A stretch of 64,000 bases of DNA from the human T2T-CHM13v2.0 reference genome, Homo sapiens. Where the stretch lies: the NCBI RefSeq assembly GCF_009914755.1, contig NC_060930.1; one strand, given 5' to 3'. Numbering within the stretch: the stretch's first letter is position 1; every line of letters starts with the position of its first letter. Shown here piece after piece: positions 41,333-54,927 of the stretch. The notes beneath the pieces are model-generated. The model did no database searches. It saw only the letters and a program-made list of their open reading frames with translations, and had not been told where the DNA came from. The translations under genes and the position numbers were made by a program.

Positions 41333-42679
41333 GCATTCATTATGGAACAAAGAACATGTTACAAAAGTAACAGGCAATATATGCCATGCGGATTTGGGCC
41401 AATCCCTTTTGGACTCAAGCCTGAATTTCAAACATCAGTTTAGGTTGACCCTTCTGAAAGATTTCTGGGCTTTCCAAAGTTCTAAAGGTCTTGGTGTGAA
41501 GTGTCACCGTTTCTCTGGCTGTGAAGAGAGCTGTGATGTGATTGCCCCCAGTGGACCTAAAATTGTCACTACAGGTCTTCTTACCTTTCTATTTTTTTTT
41601 TTTTAAGTTTTCATTCAGGAGCTTCAGGCACTGACAACAGTTATTGCAGAAAAAGGAAAGCAGTAGAGCTATCACTAGACACCTGCCACTACGCTAAATA
41701 ATCCCTGCCAAGTGCTAAACAGACTGTGAATTCAGTAATATCTGGGAACAATAGAAAAAGTAAAGACAGGGACAGATAGAAATCTCTAAAAATAATATTT
41801 GAGTTGATTCCTGGAGGCAAAACCTTGTTTTGTGAAAAGAGATTTGACACTGGCTTTTTTACATGACTTTATACTTTCTGAGGGTAAATAACCATGCTTT
41901 CTGCTTCATGTTGTGATTCAAATGCAGCCTCTCTCCTGGGCAAGAAGCAACCCTGCTTCCCTAACTATCCATCTTCCCTAGAGGCAGGAAGGAAAGAAAC
42001 ATGATGTTCTTAATCAAACAATGCCCACTTGTGCTCAAGTTGTCTATGACGAAAGAACATATGTTGATTATATAAGTATTAAGTTCATTAACAATTGTTT
42101 ATCTTATTTTTCATTCAAAATACACAAATTTTATATTATGTCTCTGGCACTGCTTTTATCTATAGAGAAAAGAAATATGAACAATTAAAAATTATCTTAC
42201 TAATATGTTTTCTTATTAAAAATGTATTATGCTTGTAGTTAACAATACTGTATTGTACACTTAAAATTGTTAGGAGGGTAGATATAACCTTAAGTGTTCC
42301 CACAAAATAAAAATTTTTAAAAATCCATTAGAGATACATAATTATATTTTTGATCCATGTATATAAATATATTAGGGATGAAGTTGGGAATTTGAAGCAA
42401 TATGTTAGTAGAGATTATGTAATCTATTTTTTCTTATCTGTATTTTCTTCAATGTTACTTTTGTAAAGGGAAGTTAAAAAAGTAGCTTTTAAAAAAATAC
42501 TGCCTTATTTTTAATTGTTGTTTAATAATTCCCCCATGTTTAGAGTAGACATACAAGAAGCATCCTCTTCCAATTATGAATTTGACTTTTTAAGATTGTT
42601 AATAGAGAAGAATTTAGGAATTGACTTCTGTGTCCCCTCAGACTGGTGATGAGCTGCAAGTGTATAAAAACAGCTGGTA

Positions 42680-43000
42680 ATTGTTTTTGCCAGCATTTGG
42701 CACCCAGATGATGTCTCCTGTCATATCCATTTGTGCTTTATCCTGATTATGAGAAAATAGCAGAAAATAACTTTCAATACTATGTTCCTCACTATGAATT
42801 CAATTAGAGAAAAATGGATCTCTCTCAAACAAACCTCTTTCAATAAGTGTTCTTGATAATTTTTATATTGTGTATTAAATATACGAAGAAAACATTTAGA
42901 AATCCAGAATTCAAATTATTTTCTCAAATTAAGATTTTTATCATTTATATTCAACCATGTATTGAACAAAAATGTGGACCTATTATACTCCACACTTCAA
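42680..43000 (+). pseudogene. Decayed RNase A-family remnant (V)
   Basis: LFL-c-QH(42694)LAP...IHLC(42734)FILIMRK...IREKWISLKQTSFNK...LCIKYTKKTFRNPEFKL. Confidence 0.55.
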
Positions 43001-43512
43001 CACTTAGGCTAAAAAGATGGTCTGTGCCTTATTAATTATTATGTCATATATGTATTATACTAATAATTACTATTGCACAAAGACTAAACAAAACTCCTTC
43101 TTTTGTTAGTAATTGTTGGTATAGTACAGTATAATAATTATTAGGAAAATACATGTTACTAATTAATGATGGCTATAATCAATATAAGCTTTTAACAACA
43201 TTTTATTATAAGGAATACATTATATAATTAAAGGGAAAAACATAAAAAGAGTTATTATTATAAAAATGATTTAGAATTGATTTCATAAAGCTTTAAAATG
43301 TCCCTTCTTACTTATTAGAAAAAAACGCTAATAAAAATTACAAGAGTTTTATTCAAAGACATATGTACAACAATGGAGATTGGTTAAAAGAATACCCATA
43401 CAACGGATGTAATTTGGCTTTAAAGTTACAAGATAGAATTATGTTCAGCAATTGACAAATGTACTCACAAAATGTGTTAAGTGAATAAAAGATGATTATA
43501 TCACAATCCATG

Positions 43513-43773
43513 TTTTTTTGTTGTTGTTGAGACAGAGTCTTGCTCTGTTGCCAGGCTGGAGGGCAGTCTCAGCCATTGCAACATACGCCTCCTGGGTTCA
43601 AGCGATTCCCCTGCCTCAGCCTCCTGAGTAACTGGGATTACAGGCGTGCGCCACCACGCCCGCTAATTTTTTGTATTTTAGTAGAGATGAGGTTTCACCA
43701 TGTTGGCCAAGATGGTCTCGATCTCCTGACCTCGTGATCTGCCCGCCTTGAACTCCCAAAGTGCTGGGATTAC
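43513..43773 (-). mobile_element. AluSc-like, 5'-truncated, with TSD
   Basis: TSD CACAATC(C/T)ATGTTTT. Confidence 0.9.
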
Positions 43774-44533
43774 ACACAATCTATGTTTTAAGTACATCAA
43801 AATGATAGCAATACTTATCTCAGGTGGTGATATTACAGGTGACTTTTTTCTTCATTTTAAATATTTTCTAATTTTTCTAAATGACCGCATGTAACATTTC
43901 CCATTTATATTAAAATTATTTTTGTAAACAGAGTTGAAAGATTAGAATAAAGAAGAAAGTCTGTAGGTACTAGAAAGGGTAAAGATGGAAAATAACTAGA
44001 AGATAAATAGCTAAAACAAAAAAGAAAAGAAATTTTGCCAGAGAAGATTTGAGCTGCCTTACCATAACACCAAATATTCTGAGAATAAGAAACACACTGT
44101 GTTGACATTACAGTGTTTCAACTGGTAAGTTATCAAAAACTTCCTTCTCAATCTGATGTTCATGGTAAGATATCAAAAGGACCTCATGCTTTCGAAACCA
44201 CAAAACCACATTTGAATCTTAAGTTAGAATAACAGGGACACTCGTGTGAACATTCCATCAAAGCCACAACACCAACTGTCTCTTTTACCGTGAGTTTAAT
44301 GAGAACTGGCTAACACGAAAGCTACTCACCAATGTATGTTTAAAAACAAACCATACATGGAAGTCAGGGTGGGGGCTGTGTGCACATATTTTACAAGGAC
44401 ACATGCATGTCTTAGTTAATAGAAATGAAACTAATCCAGTGAAATATCAGAATTCTATTTCTGTTGGTGATTTACTTATAAAGTGCTCCATGAGAAATCT
44501 TATTACAACACACCCTCATCATTTCAAACATGG

Positions 44534-44617
44534 CAGATGTATACATATGTAACAAAACCTGCACGTTGTGCACATGTACCCTAAAACTTAAAGTATAATA
44601 ATAATAATAAAAAAAAG
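44534..44617 (+). mobile_element. Extreme 3' tip of a young L1PA
   Basis: CTGCACGTTGTGCACATGTACCCTAAAACTTAAAGTATAATAA plus A tail. Confidence 0.9.
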
Positions 44618-44649
44618 AATGACACAAATGTCCACTCCTAAAATATATA

Positions 44650-45075
44650 ATGAGGTTTCTTACCTCTGTGTCTTTTGTTCTTGCTATTTGTTTTGCCAGA
44701 AATAATCCTTCAATTTCAAGTTAAAGAGGGTATGGTCAGAGCTGACAGGTGGAAGAATGGGCTGATTTTATGGAAATTGGGATTTCCTGTCACTAAAGGT
44801 GATCACGTCCCTGAGGAAGGACTAATGGCGTACACTGCAGGACGAGAACATCAGAGAAGTTATTTAAATAATCTTTGCAAAAATGAAATTCTTATTCAAT
44901 GGTCATACAGCGTAATTTGCTAAATGAGCTGTGAAGAAGATTTTATCTCTGCTGTCCCCCTGCCCTATATTAGATTTCTCCAATATTCTCCAAGTTCTCT
45001 TCCCCACTCAGAAGAGCTACTACTTAGAAACATTGTAAGGTTTTCTTTGCAGTCTTTTTAGGTATTACTATATGG
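44650..45075 (+). pseudogene. RNase13-like remnant (P)
   Basis: ATG 44650 signal-like MRFLTSVSFVLAICFA; GLMAYTAGR (44819) versus RNase13 GLMSYMRGK; IC*MSCEE; (S)YY; KVF.CS; LGIT. Confidence 0.55.
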
Positions 45076-46392
45076 CAACAAATGGAAAAACATCTGGTAA
45101 ATTTTAGTTGACTGAAAGCAACTAAAACAAGACGAGTCAGGCTGCAGGAAACAAGCTTAAGGATTAGATATGCCATACAAAGAATTTAAAAAAAAATAAC
45201 AACAGGAAAGGACACCAAAATATGATTATTCAATCATAAGGAACAATGAGCCTATCAAAACTGTATACTGGAGACCTGGGACAAATGAAAACTGACTTGA
45301 TGCTCATCAAATAAATGGACAAGGAAAGATAAAAATCTGAATGAAATTTAATTTCTAAGTAGTCCCTGCTAGCTACTGCTAAATGACATAATAATCCTAT
45401 TCTTCCTGACCTTGGGACTCCTAAGAAATATTATTTTCTACCCCACGCCCCAAGAACCTAATAGAATAACTCATTGGCACCAACTTTCCAGAAGCTAATT
45501 TCTTAATTCAACTTTTGAGAGTTTGTAGATGAATAAGAATAGGGAGTGATAACATAGAAGATCTGAAGCATCAAATGATAATATTTAGTAAACTCTCAAG
45601 CACTAAGTTATTCCTGAGATTAAAATCTCTTCTGCGTTATATTTATCATGTTATGGAAAGAGCACAAGTTTTGGGGTCAGGTAACCTGGGTCTCAGGAAT
45701 ACCCTTAACTAGATCATTAATGTGATTATGTAATCTTTATGAGATTTGGTTTCATCTTGCATGAGGAAAAAAAAATGGTCTCGAAAAGCAGAATATTGAA
45801 TTTATCCTTATTAGCCTTTGTGCTTACACTCTTAAAGCCCTGCCTTGAAAACACACCAGCAGGCTCAGGTTTGCAATATTTAAATATTACATTTTAAAAG
45901 TATAAGGTCCATGTGAGCAAAACTTCTTTGCAATAAATCCTTAAATTACATATTTAAAGCACTCTCTTTAACATGTTCCTTAACATTCCCGAAGAAATAA
46001 TTAAAAGCACTTTGGTTAGCTGGCTGTACCTTTTAGCTTGGCCTGGTTCCATAGCTATTCCCACTTTTCATCTGTTTACAGAAAATGTTGCCTTCCATTG
46101 ATTCTTGAAGAACTCTTCTTTGCAAATATCTAAACAATGTATTATACATCTATAGATTGAAATTAGTCCCTAAGAACTAATATTATTCTTAATAATGCTT
46201 GAGGTTATTTTTTTAACCATTGTTTATTTCATACAATGTGTAATGCACATTTGGGTATTCTTTTCAAATTTGGTCAAATTTTCAAATTTTGTCAACAATT
46301 ATCATTTTTATTAGTATACTCAATACATTTTGAACATTTACTACATGCTGTATGTGCTCTGAACAAAACAATTCTATACTGGTATTATATGT

Positions 46393-46525
46393 AGGATTGC
46401 CAGATCTATCAAATAAAAATATAGGATGCCTAGTCACTCTTGAATTTCAGATGAATAACAAATATTTTTTCATATATATGTGTCCCACGTAATATTTGGC
46501 ATACTGTATTTTATCTGGCAGCTCT
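46393..46525. mobile_element. MER53-like hAT MITE
   Basis: TIRs AGGATTGCCAGAT...ATCTGGCAGCTCT. Confidence 0.75.
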
Positions 46526-46841
46526 AATTATGTGCCATATTTCCTTACACAGCATTCTTTCTGAACACCTTACATAACCCAGTTTAATATTGCTTCCCTT
46601 CAAATAAACTGGAAAATGTAGCAGTACCATTTATTTGTGGCATTTTCTGAATTTGCTCAAAGCCATTTTATATACACGTTAAAACCTAAAGGATTCTCAA
46701 TTTAAACTGTAGTTCTTTTGAAACTATTATTGAACACTTAACATTATGTCATAAGAATAATGATTAATAAACTAACTATAAAGTAAATTAGATTATGGAT
46801 GAAAGAAAAGACTGCAAACCAATTCAAGAAGGTAAACTCTT

Positions 46842-47145
46842 GGCCAGGCAAGGTGGCTCACGCCTGTAATCCCAGCACTTTGGGAGGCCGAGGCAGGCAA
46901 ATCACCTGAGGTCGGGAGTTCGAGAGCAGCCTGATCAACATGGAGAAACCCTGTCTCTACTTAAAAAAAAAAAAAAAAAATTAGCCAGGCGTGGTGGCAC
47001 ATGCCTGTAATCTCAGCTACTTGGAAGGCTGAGGCAGGAGAATTGCTTGAACCCAGGAGGTGGAGGTGCAGTGAGCCAAGATTGCGCCACTGCACTCCAG
47101 CCTGGGCAACAAGAGTGAAACTCTGTCTCAAAAAAAAAAAAAAAG
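46842..47145 (+). mobile_element. AluSp with TSD
   Basis: GGTCGGGAG..ATGGAGAAACC diagnostics; TSD AAGGTAAAC(T/C)CTT. Confidence 0.95.
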
Positions 47146-47602
47146 GTAAACCCTTAAAGCTACATTAGCAAGATCAATGTACATATAAATATGCTAATGA
47201 CATTTTTTCTGTACTCATTTGTTTATCCTTTTAAAAAATGTATTCGTTTTATCTCCAAGAGGCTATCATCTAGCAGAAACAAATTAGCAACTACTTCTGA
47301 TACTATATATAAGTAACTAGATAAAATCATGCTTCCTTTTGTAATTCTGTCATAGGTTTGTAATTATAGAGTCACAGTTTTATAATTCTCAAATTTTACT
47401 TACTTTTGAAGAAGTTTTTACAATTTATTTTCATGCATATAAAGATGATATCAGATAATTTCCCAACTTTATTATCTGAAATTGGGCTGATGTAGACAAT
47501 GTATGGATTATCACTTTCCTAAACAACTGATGAATTGTTTCTCCTCGAATAAAGGTTGGTAAATGGGCCAAAATAATATAATTTTATAGTGTGTCTAAAA
47601 TA

Positions 47603-47875
47603 TCCAGTGTGTAAGGATTTATACATAATGTGTTTATCACAGCTAGATTAGAAGGAAGAAAGAAAAATGCATGTATATCCAAAAGTGAATGACTACATGA
47701 ATCATGGTACGTCCTAAACTATTAGGAACAACTAAAAACAATGGGTTATAAAAATTCGATCAGTGGCTGCTCTTTACTAAAAGTGTGGAGTATTGGTTTT
47801 GTGTGTGTATATATGTGTGTTTTAATTACTATACATTAGTTAAAAATCTTTTTATAAAAGTGTGGAGTATTGTGT
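47603..47875 (+). repeat. Copy 1 of a local direct duplication of about 270 bp (copy 2 at 49756-50025)
   Basis: TCCAGTGTGTAAGGATTTATACATAATG... present twice with few mismatches. Confidence 0.95.
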
Positions 47876-48060
47876 GTCTGTCTTTAAAAATTGTAATATT
47901 ATATTAGTTATTCATAGGAACTTCAGAGGGCCTTAAAAATAATTAACAACCAAATAATGAACATTGGAGAGTGTGTGCTGTCCTTTAGCATCTACTAGGA
48001 ATGTGCTGTAAGCTGTCCATCACTAGATGGATGTTAGATGATAGATAGATAGATAGATAG

Positions 48061-48460
48061 AGCTATTTTAAGCTCTATTTTAATCCATAAAATGTGTAAG
48101 AATTGTGATCAAAAGCTGGTGGCAATTTTTCCTTAGTCAGAGATTTTTATTCCTGTGGAAGTTGGTAACACAAAGAAACTGTGTATTAGAGGTGCACGTA
48201 TTCTTGGGAACTGCGTCTCCTTTACCTATGAGACTTGGCTTTTCTTAAACGCCTTGTCAACTTAATTTCAGTATAAATCCTGAAGTGGTGTGAGTTGTTC
48301 TACTGTAGAAATTGGCTCATAAAATAAATCACTGACATTTCTCTGAAATGTAACACTCTGTGTCAACTTCTCGTTGTACCTATATTGAAACTTCTGATAT
48401 TGCTCACCATTGTAAAGCAATCACATACAGGTATCTATAGAAGTTGGAAATCTTCCTATC
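48061..48460 (+). pseudogene. RNase12-like remnant (R)
   Basis: YFKLYFNP; NCDQKL; NCVLEVHVFL...MRLGFS*TPCQL; TLCQLL (TGT 48361); compare RNase12 CKKEHVFI, ACQNL, TVCQL. Confidence 0.5.
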
Positions 48461-49008
48461 CAAACTTTGGGACTAAATAATTTCAGACAAATATTTGATA
48501 AATGCTTTAGTATCCAAAATGTCCTTACTTATTTTCTGAAATCTGGATTCCAGATGGATTTAGATATCACTATCTGAGGTTACTATCGAAAGTCTTATTT
48601 ACCAAACTCAGGAAATAGACACATAAGATTAGATTAAGAAATTAATACTAGTCAGATATGTTTTACTGATAATTTTAAATGGGGAGTAAATTTGTCTATT
48701 TAAACATAAACACTCATACCTGGCTGCATAAACTAAAATTAGCTATGTGTTTTATACAGTCGACTCAACTAAAAATAAATACCTCAGCTAAATTAAAAGA
48801 ATGAAAATATTATATTAGTCAATTTATAACAAAAGAAAACTGAATTGCAATAATAATTTCAACCAAGGTTAAATTTGCCACAGATACTGTCAAATAAATC
48901 AAGGAGGGGCATTAAATTAATATGAACAGAGATTTGATATCACTGTAATACTGACTTTTTCAAAAAATAAATCAAGATGTAATAAAATGTATTTTAATTT
49001 CTTTAAAA

Positions 49009-49424
49009 GTACACTCCACAGAGTGAGACCTGGCTCAAGCAAGTGCCTTGAGAGCTCTGGTTACAGAATTTTCTGGGGGTTTAAATACCCTCTAGAGGTT
49101 TCCCGTTGGTTCGTTCATTTACCCTATGTAAATGAAGGAGTGGCCCTTCAACAGTCTGATTGGTTACGAAGGCGACCAATAAGAGGCTGAAGTAAAGTTA
49201 CGAAGTTACACCCTATGCAAATGTCTGATTGATTGCAGGAGGAGACCAGAGGTGCTTTCCATTTCTCATCTGCGACTCAGAAAAGGGGGGACCTGAAAAA
49301 GGGAATAACCCTGTTTTTGTTACTTGGGTGTGGAAAATTGGGGTTTTCCTTCTGATTTAGTTCCAGGAAGTCAGTGTGAATCAGCCTTTGGTTCCCTGCC
49401 TCCAAACCGTATTCTCCTGCCTCA
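49009..49424 (-). mobile_element. MER51-type LTR (partial)
   Basis: TACCCTCTAGAGGTTTCCC..TATTCTCCTGCCTCA end. Confidence 0.85.
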
Positions 49425-49429
49425 AACCT

Positions 49430-49705
49430 TTTAAAAATTATTTTGTACTTTTAAATTTTGTGGGTACATAGTAAGTGTATGTATTTATGGGTTATATGGG
49501 ATACAGGCATGCAATGTGTAATAATCACCTCATGGAAAATGGGGTATCCATTCTCTCAAGCATTTATCCTTTGCGTTACAAACAATCCAATTATATTAAT
49601 TTAGTTATTTTTAAATATACAAATTATAACCCTTATTCATATGTTCCACTTCTTGTTGCATTTAACCATTCCCAACTCACCCTCAACCTCCCTCTACCCT
49701 TCCTA
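49430..49705 (-). mobile_element. L1MA 3' end
   Basis: TTTTGTGGGTACATAGTAAGTGTATGTATTTATGGG.. Confidence 0.85.
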
Positions 49706-50121
49706 TGCACAAACCTTTTGACACATTGGGGATTCTATCTTACAGAAATAAAATCTCCAGTGTGTAAGGATTTATACATAATGTGTTTATCACAGCTAGA
49801 TTAGGAGGAAGAAAGAAAAATGCATGTATAACCAAAAGTGAATGGCTACATAATCATGGTACATCCTAAACTATTAGGAACAACTAAAAACAATCGGTTA
49901 TAAAAAATCCATCAGTGGCTGCCCTTTATATAAGTGTGGAGTATTGGTTTTGTGTGTGTATACATGTGTGTTTTAATGACTATACATTAGTTATAAATCT
50001 TTTTATAAAATATGGAGTGTTGTTTGTGTATCGTGTGTATATGTGTTACATGTTATAAGTATGTATATATGTTATATGTTATAAGTTATATGTCCATAAC
50101 TTTTTATCCAAGTTTGCCTTT

Positions 50122-50530
50122 TTGCTCTCCAGATTAGCTTTACTTTCAAGGAGTGAATTATTCTACGCTGTACATGTTCGTCTCTGTTTGATTAAGCATA
50201 GAGCAACTTGTGGAATAATATATATCAAATCGTTAATGTTGCTTACTTCTGGTAGAGGAATTTCACAGGTTTGTAAAAAAGGTTTTACTTTTTTTCTAAA
50301 ACCATCTCTTAACTCTAATTTGTCGTGAAAAGCAAGTGTTACATTGGCAAATTTATAAAATAAAAAGTTTAAGACCTCAAGAAGCAAATGGAAAAAAAAA
50401 CAAAAAACCAAAAAACTGTTCCCTGAGGGACCTACATGTTAAAGTTAGTGTGAAGGTAGAAGGCACACAGTGTTATTCTAGATCAGAAAGCGGTGAGGTG
50501 AGGCGGCCCTGCAGCAGCTCCATTTTGATG
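50122..50530 (+). pseudogene. Decayed RNase A-family remnant (S) with all three catalytic positions recognisable
   Basis: FYAVH(50173)V..TC(50209)..SLM..VCKKGFTF(50272); ICREKQV; NC..VKV; QCYS..C; LHFD (CAT 50521). Confidence 0.7.
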
Positions 50531-50547
50531 TTTTTCTCTCTTCTAGG

Positions 50548-50875
50548 TTAGAGTATGCAAACTTTTGTGTAAAGGGCCAGGTTGTAAATATTTTAGGCTT
50601 GGCAGCCATACATACGGTCTCTGTCACAACTACAGACTCTGCAGCTGTAATGCAAATGCAGCTTCAGGCAACGCAAAAACAAATGACCATTAGCTATGTT
50701 CCAATAAAACTTTATTTGTAGACATTGAAATATAAATTTTATATAACTTTCATGCTTTGCAAAATATCATTCTTCTTTTGATATTTTTCTCCACTATTGA
50801 AAAATGTTAAAACCATTATCAGCTCATGGGCTGGCCCAAAACAGGCTTTGGGCCATAGTTTCCAATCCCTGTTCT
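50548..50875. mobile_element. MER58-type DNA transposon
   Basis: GCAAACTTTTGTGTAAAGGGCCAG..GTAAATATTTTAGGCTT..CCAATAAAACTTTATTT..AATCCCTG. Confidence 0.85.
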
Positions 50876-52689
50876 AAGCAGTGCAAGTATAAGTGGAAAT
50901 ATACCTACTACAGGTGGGTCGTGTTGTCCAAGCCAATGCCATTGGAATCCAAGTTAACCCAGTACAGAGGTTGGAGCTTGTCACTCCTCTATGGTCTGAT
51001 ACATTGATTCTGAAAAATATCTCCCCAGGTTCTTTCCTGATAAAATCTGCTTGATTATCTTTCTAGCTCTAATTCTAAACTTAGAAGTCTTGGTCTTTGC
51101 AAAAAAAAAAAAAGGAAGTAAAAAGCTACCGTTCTAGGGGGGAAAAATGCATTAGGCTATGCTATCTCTCACTATGTGAAATTGTGAAAATGATTTTCTC
51201 CAAACAACCATACCCAGAAAATGGAAGTTTTAATAGAGTAGATGAGAAGATGAAAGGGTCCTTTTAAATAATAGATCCCACAGGAAAAAGGCTGGATGGG
51301 CCCTGGAGGGGCGTGCTGATCATCAGCGGTGAGGCTGTGGGGTGGTGCTGGGCCCTGATTGGCAGCAGGGGAGATGCAGGTCTCCAGAAGTGGCACAGAA
51401 ACGCGGGTGTAGTGGGAGACAATGTAGGACAAAGGCTGTATAACAATGTTCCCTAGAACACGTACTGGCTTTTCCACTGTGGTTAAAACTGCATAAAACA
51501 AAGGCATTTTAGGGAAGGAGAGGAAAAAGATGAGAATCCTCATTCTTCAGATTTCTGGCAAAGATTACTCAAATGTGTTTTAGGCAGAGACGAAATGGGG
51601 CATCATGCTTGATGATCACAGATGACCGCACCGAATATGCCTTAGATGTGAGCCAGGATTTCATGAACTGGGAATATTGAAAGCTGTAGTCAGCGGGGAA
51701 AATGTTCTGTTTTAAATAAATGTGGGGAAGAATGTGTTAAAGTCAATAAAGAAGGCTCATTTGTTTGCAGGGCTATTTACAGTCCTACATATTCTAATGA
51801 GACCTGTCAATCTCCAAGGGAAGCTAGAGAGTACATCACTTCCCCAATACTTCTGAAAACAAGTGGGGTGTGTGTGTGTGTGTGTGTTCGCGCTTGTGTA
51901 ACATCTCTCAGAAATAATCTTCACAAATGTATTTTGAAAACTGCTACTTCAGCTATAACCTTCTTATGACAAAATGTGTCCTAAGACAACAAAAATCACC
52001 AGACACAGCCAAACTAAGAGGGTGAAATAAAATGTACAATATGCATTTATATACACTTAACAGATTTGCTTTCCTATGGCACAAACTGTTGGAGATATTC
52101 ACATAAACAATTTATTAAAAGCAAAGATTTCAACTTACCGAGGAGTTTTAAGTTCTAAAAGTTTGTTTTTATCACTCTTAATAACTCAGAATGCATTTTC
52201 TAATAGAAACTAATAAAAATGGTGGCTCAGTTTCCAGCCAAGCCTACTAATTCTTTGAATAAAGTTGAAATAAATTACTGATCATGCAGTAGGACATTTA
52301 TGTCTGAAACAGTAGTAAAATTGAATCAAACAGAAATGCAAAGATACATTTTTAAATGTTATATTAAATGCAATGCCTCTGAAAAATAAGAATAACTGAA
52401 AGGAGGTTTAAGTTGAAGAAAACTATGAAGGAAATTTTGTAGCCTGCCGTAAGGTTGAGGTATTTATTTTATATATAATAGTTTCACTTCCTTTCAAATT
52501 AAAAAAGGTATAATAAAATATATAAAATTAAAAATATGAAGAAGAACATAAAACCATCTATAATTTTACCATACAGTATAATTCACTTGAAATGCATACT
52601 CTCACACTATATTCTTTGCCTACCCACATATTTATCAGAAGGAGTTTTTGCATTAGTAACATTCCTGGCTCTTTAAGAATAACAAACAT

Positions 52690-53500
52690 ACAGAAAACAT
52701 GTGCAGAACAAATATTCCCCACTGTAAATTATAACAGAATGAACACCCCGGTAACCACCACTCAAGGAAGGATAGTAATATTGAAGGATGAGGAAGTGCC
52801 TCATGCAATTGCTCATGCACAATCACTACTTCTATCTCTTCATCAATGGTAACACGATTCTGACTTCCAACAGAATGGACACTTTGCAAGTTTTGAAATG
52901 TATGAAAAGGAAAAATATGTCTTTTTCTGCTTATGGCTTTTTTAGTCAATGTTATATTATGCAGTTTATGTAATTTTGTCTTGCTATAGTTTGTTTGCCT
53001 TTATTGACGAATAATAAATATACTAGTATATGAACACACCACTCTTTAATTATTTAGTCTACTTTTATTTCCAGGTGTTGGATCTTTTTCATCGATATGT
53101 AGTTGATTCTTAGCAATGGAATAGCTGAGTCATAGGCTCAGCTATTGAACTAAATAGATTCAAATTTAGTAAATGATGCCAAACAGTTTGGCAAAAGGAT
53201 TGGTCCAATTTACATTTCTGCCAGAGTTTCCATTGCTTCGTAACCTTGCTAGCATGTGGGATTGCATTTGTCTCATGTAGTCATTATGGTATATTTGTGG
53301 TCTTTTGTTACGTTTTTATTTGCATGTCTTTCATTACTAAAGTTAAGCACCTTTCTATACATTTATTGAGCATTTGTGTATCTTCTTTTGTGTTCAAGAT
53401 ACTTGCCCATAATTTTACTGGATCATCTGTTTTTTTCTATTATCTTTTAACAATTCTTAATTTAGTCTAGATATAAGCCCCAATGAATTTTACAATTTTT
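52690..53500 (-). mobile_element. Old L1ME-type fragment, followed by an MLT1 LTR at about 53520-53900
   Basis: Degenerate L1M 3' sequence; MLT1 motifs CTCAAGGGTCCAG..CTCCACCATCTGGAA..CCAGAAGTGATACATGTCA. Confidence 0.65.
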
Positions 53501-54243
53501 TATTTAATATTTTGATGAGTTTGTCAGGATATGCTAGGTTTATGCTGAGAGAACAAATAACCTTTATCAGTGGATTTACACTTAAATGTTTAGATGTGCT
53601 GCAGATCATTGGGTTTGAGGACAGCTCCTTTGTCCATATAGTCTCTCACTCAAGGGTCCAGAGTGACTGATGCTCCACCATCTGGAATGCTGTTAGTTGC
53701 AAGGCAGAGAAAAACAGAAAACTGGAAAATCTCACACCAGAAGTGATACATGTCATGTCTTCTCACATAGTATTATCCAGAACTAGATGATCGTTCATTC
53801 CCAACTGTGAGAATGATGAGACATGCAGCCTCCCAAATGCCCAGGAAGAAAAGAAGAACCCAGTATATTGGTAAGAACTAGCAATGTCTACTATGCTTGG
53901 ACATTTTCCCTTATTAGTAATTTACATCTACTTTCCTGCTCTAATGTTTGCTGTGCATTCCAGTTTTGGCTTCTACCATACTTTGGTTAAATACTTCCCC
54001 CAATTATTGAGGCATGGCACACAAGAAAAATAATATTTCTATGGAAAAATGGAGGAAATACATGGGGGATTGGGTCATGCTAGAGATATCCACGTGGTAT
54101 TTGGTAAACAAAAAATTTTCATTGCACTTTCTTTATATTAATTATTAGAAAAAATGTTTGGTCATATAGTGTATAATTAATGTCTATACAACAGTCAAAT
54201 CTCAGCTTTTCAAAATTTAAATTTGTTTCTCTGAACATGTCTG

Positions 54244-54541
54244 TTTTTTTTTTTTTTTTTGAGATGGAGTCTCACTCTGTCGCCCAGGCTGGAGTGCAGT
54301 GGTGCAATCTTGGCTCACTGAAACCTCCGTCTCCTGGGTTCAAACAATTCTCCTGCCTCAGCCTCCCGGGTAGCTGGGACTACAGGTGCCCATCGCCACA
54401 CCCGGCTAATTTTTGTATTTTTAGTAGAGGCGGGGTTCACCGTGTTGGCCAGGCTGGTCTCAAACTCCTGACCTCAAATGATCCACGCACCTCACCCTCC
54501 CAAAGTGCTGGGATTACAGGCATGAGCCACTGTGCCCGGAC
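54244..54541 (-). mobile_element. AluS with TSD
   Basis: TSD CTGAACATGTCT. Confidence 0.95.
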
Positions 54542-54927
54542 TGAACATGTCTTTTTAATATCTAATCTTGTGCCTGAAATGGTAAGATGCAGTTCCTGGT
54601 CAAGTTTTAAATGATGATATTTTAAAGTTCTGGATGTGAACATCACTAAAACTTTGTTCATAATAAGCTTGCAGAAAAAAATACCACAGTTAAAATCATA
54701 TTTAAAGATTTGAACAGCTCTTTTTATTTCATTGACAAATTAATGTTGAAATTGCTTCTGAAAATGGGAATGGATTTTGAATCTAATTCAACATTGTCAA
54801 TTCAACTATTTAAAATTATTGATGAAGATCTAATCTGAGGATATGCATGCATTGTTAGGGCAATATCCTGAAGCTAACATAAATATAAAAAGGGGTGTAT
54901 TCACCATGAAAGGACAAACTAATATAT

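Noticed and set aside
40970-41606. Long ORFs with poly-L/F/R
   Set aside because: Artefacts of the (CTT)n microsatellite.
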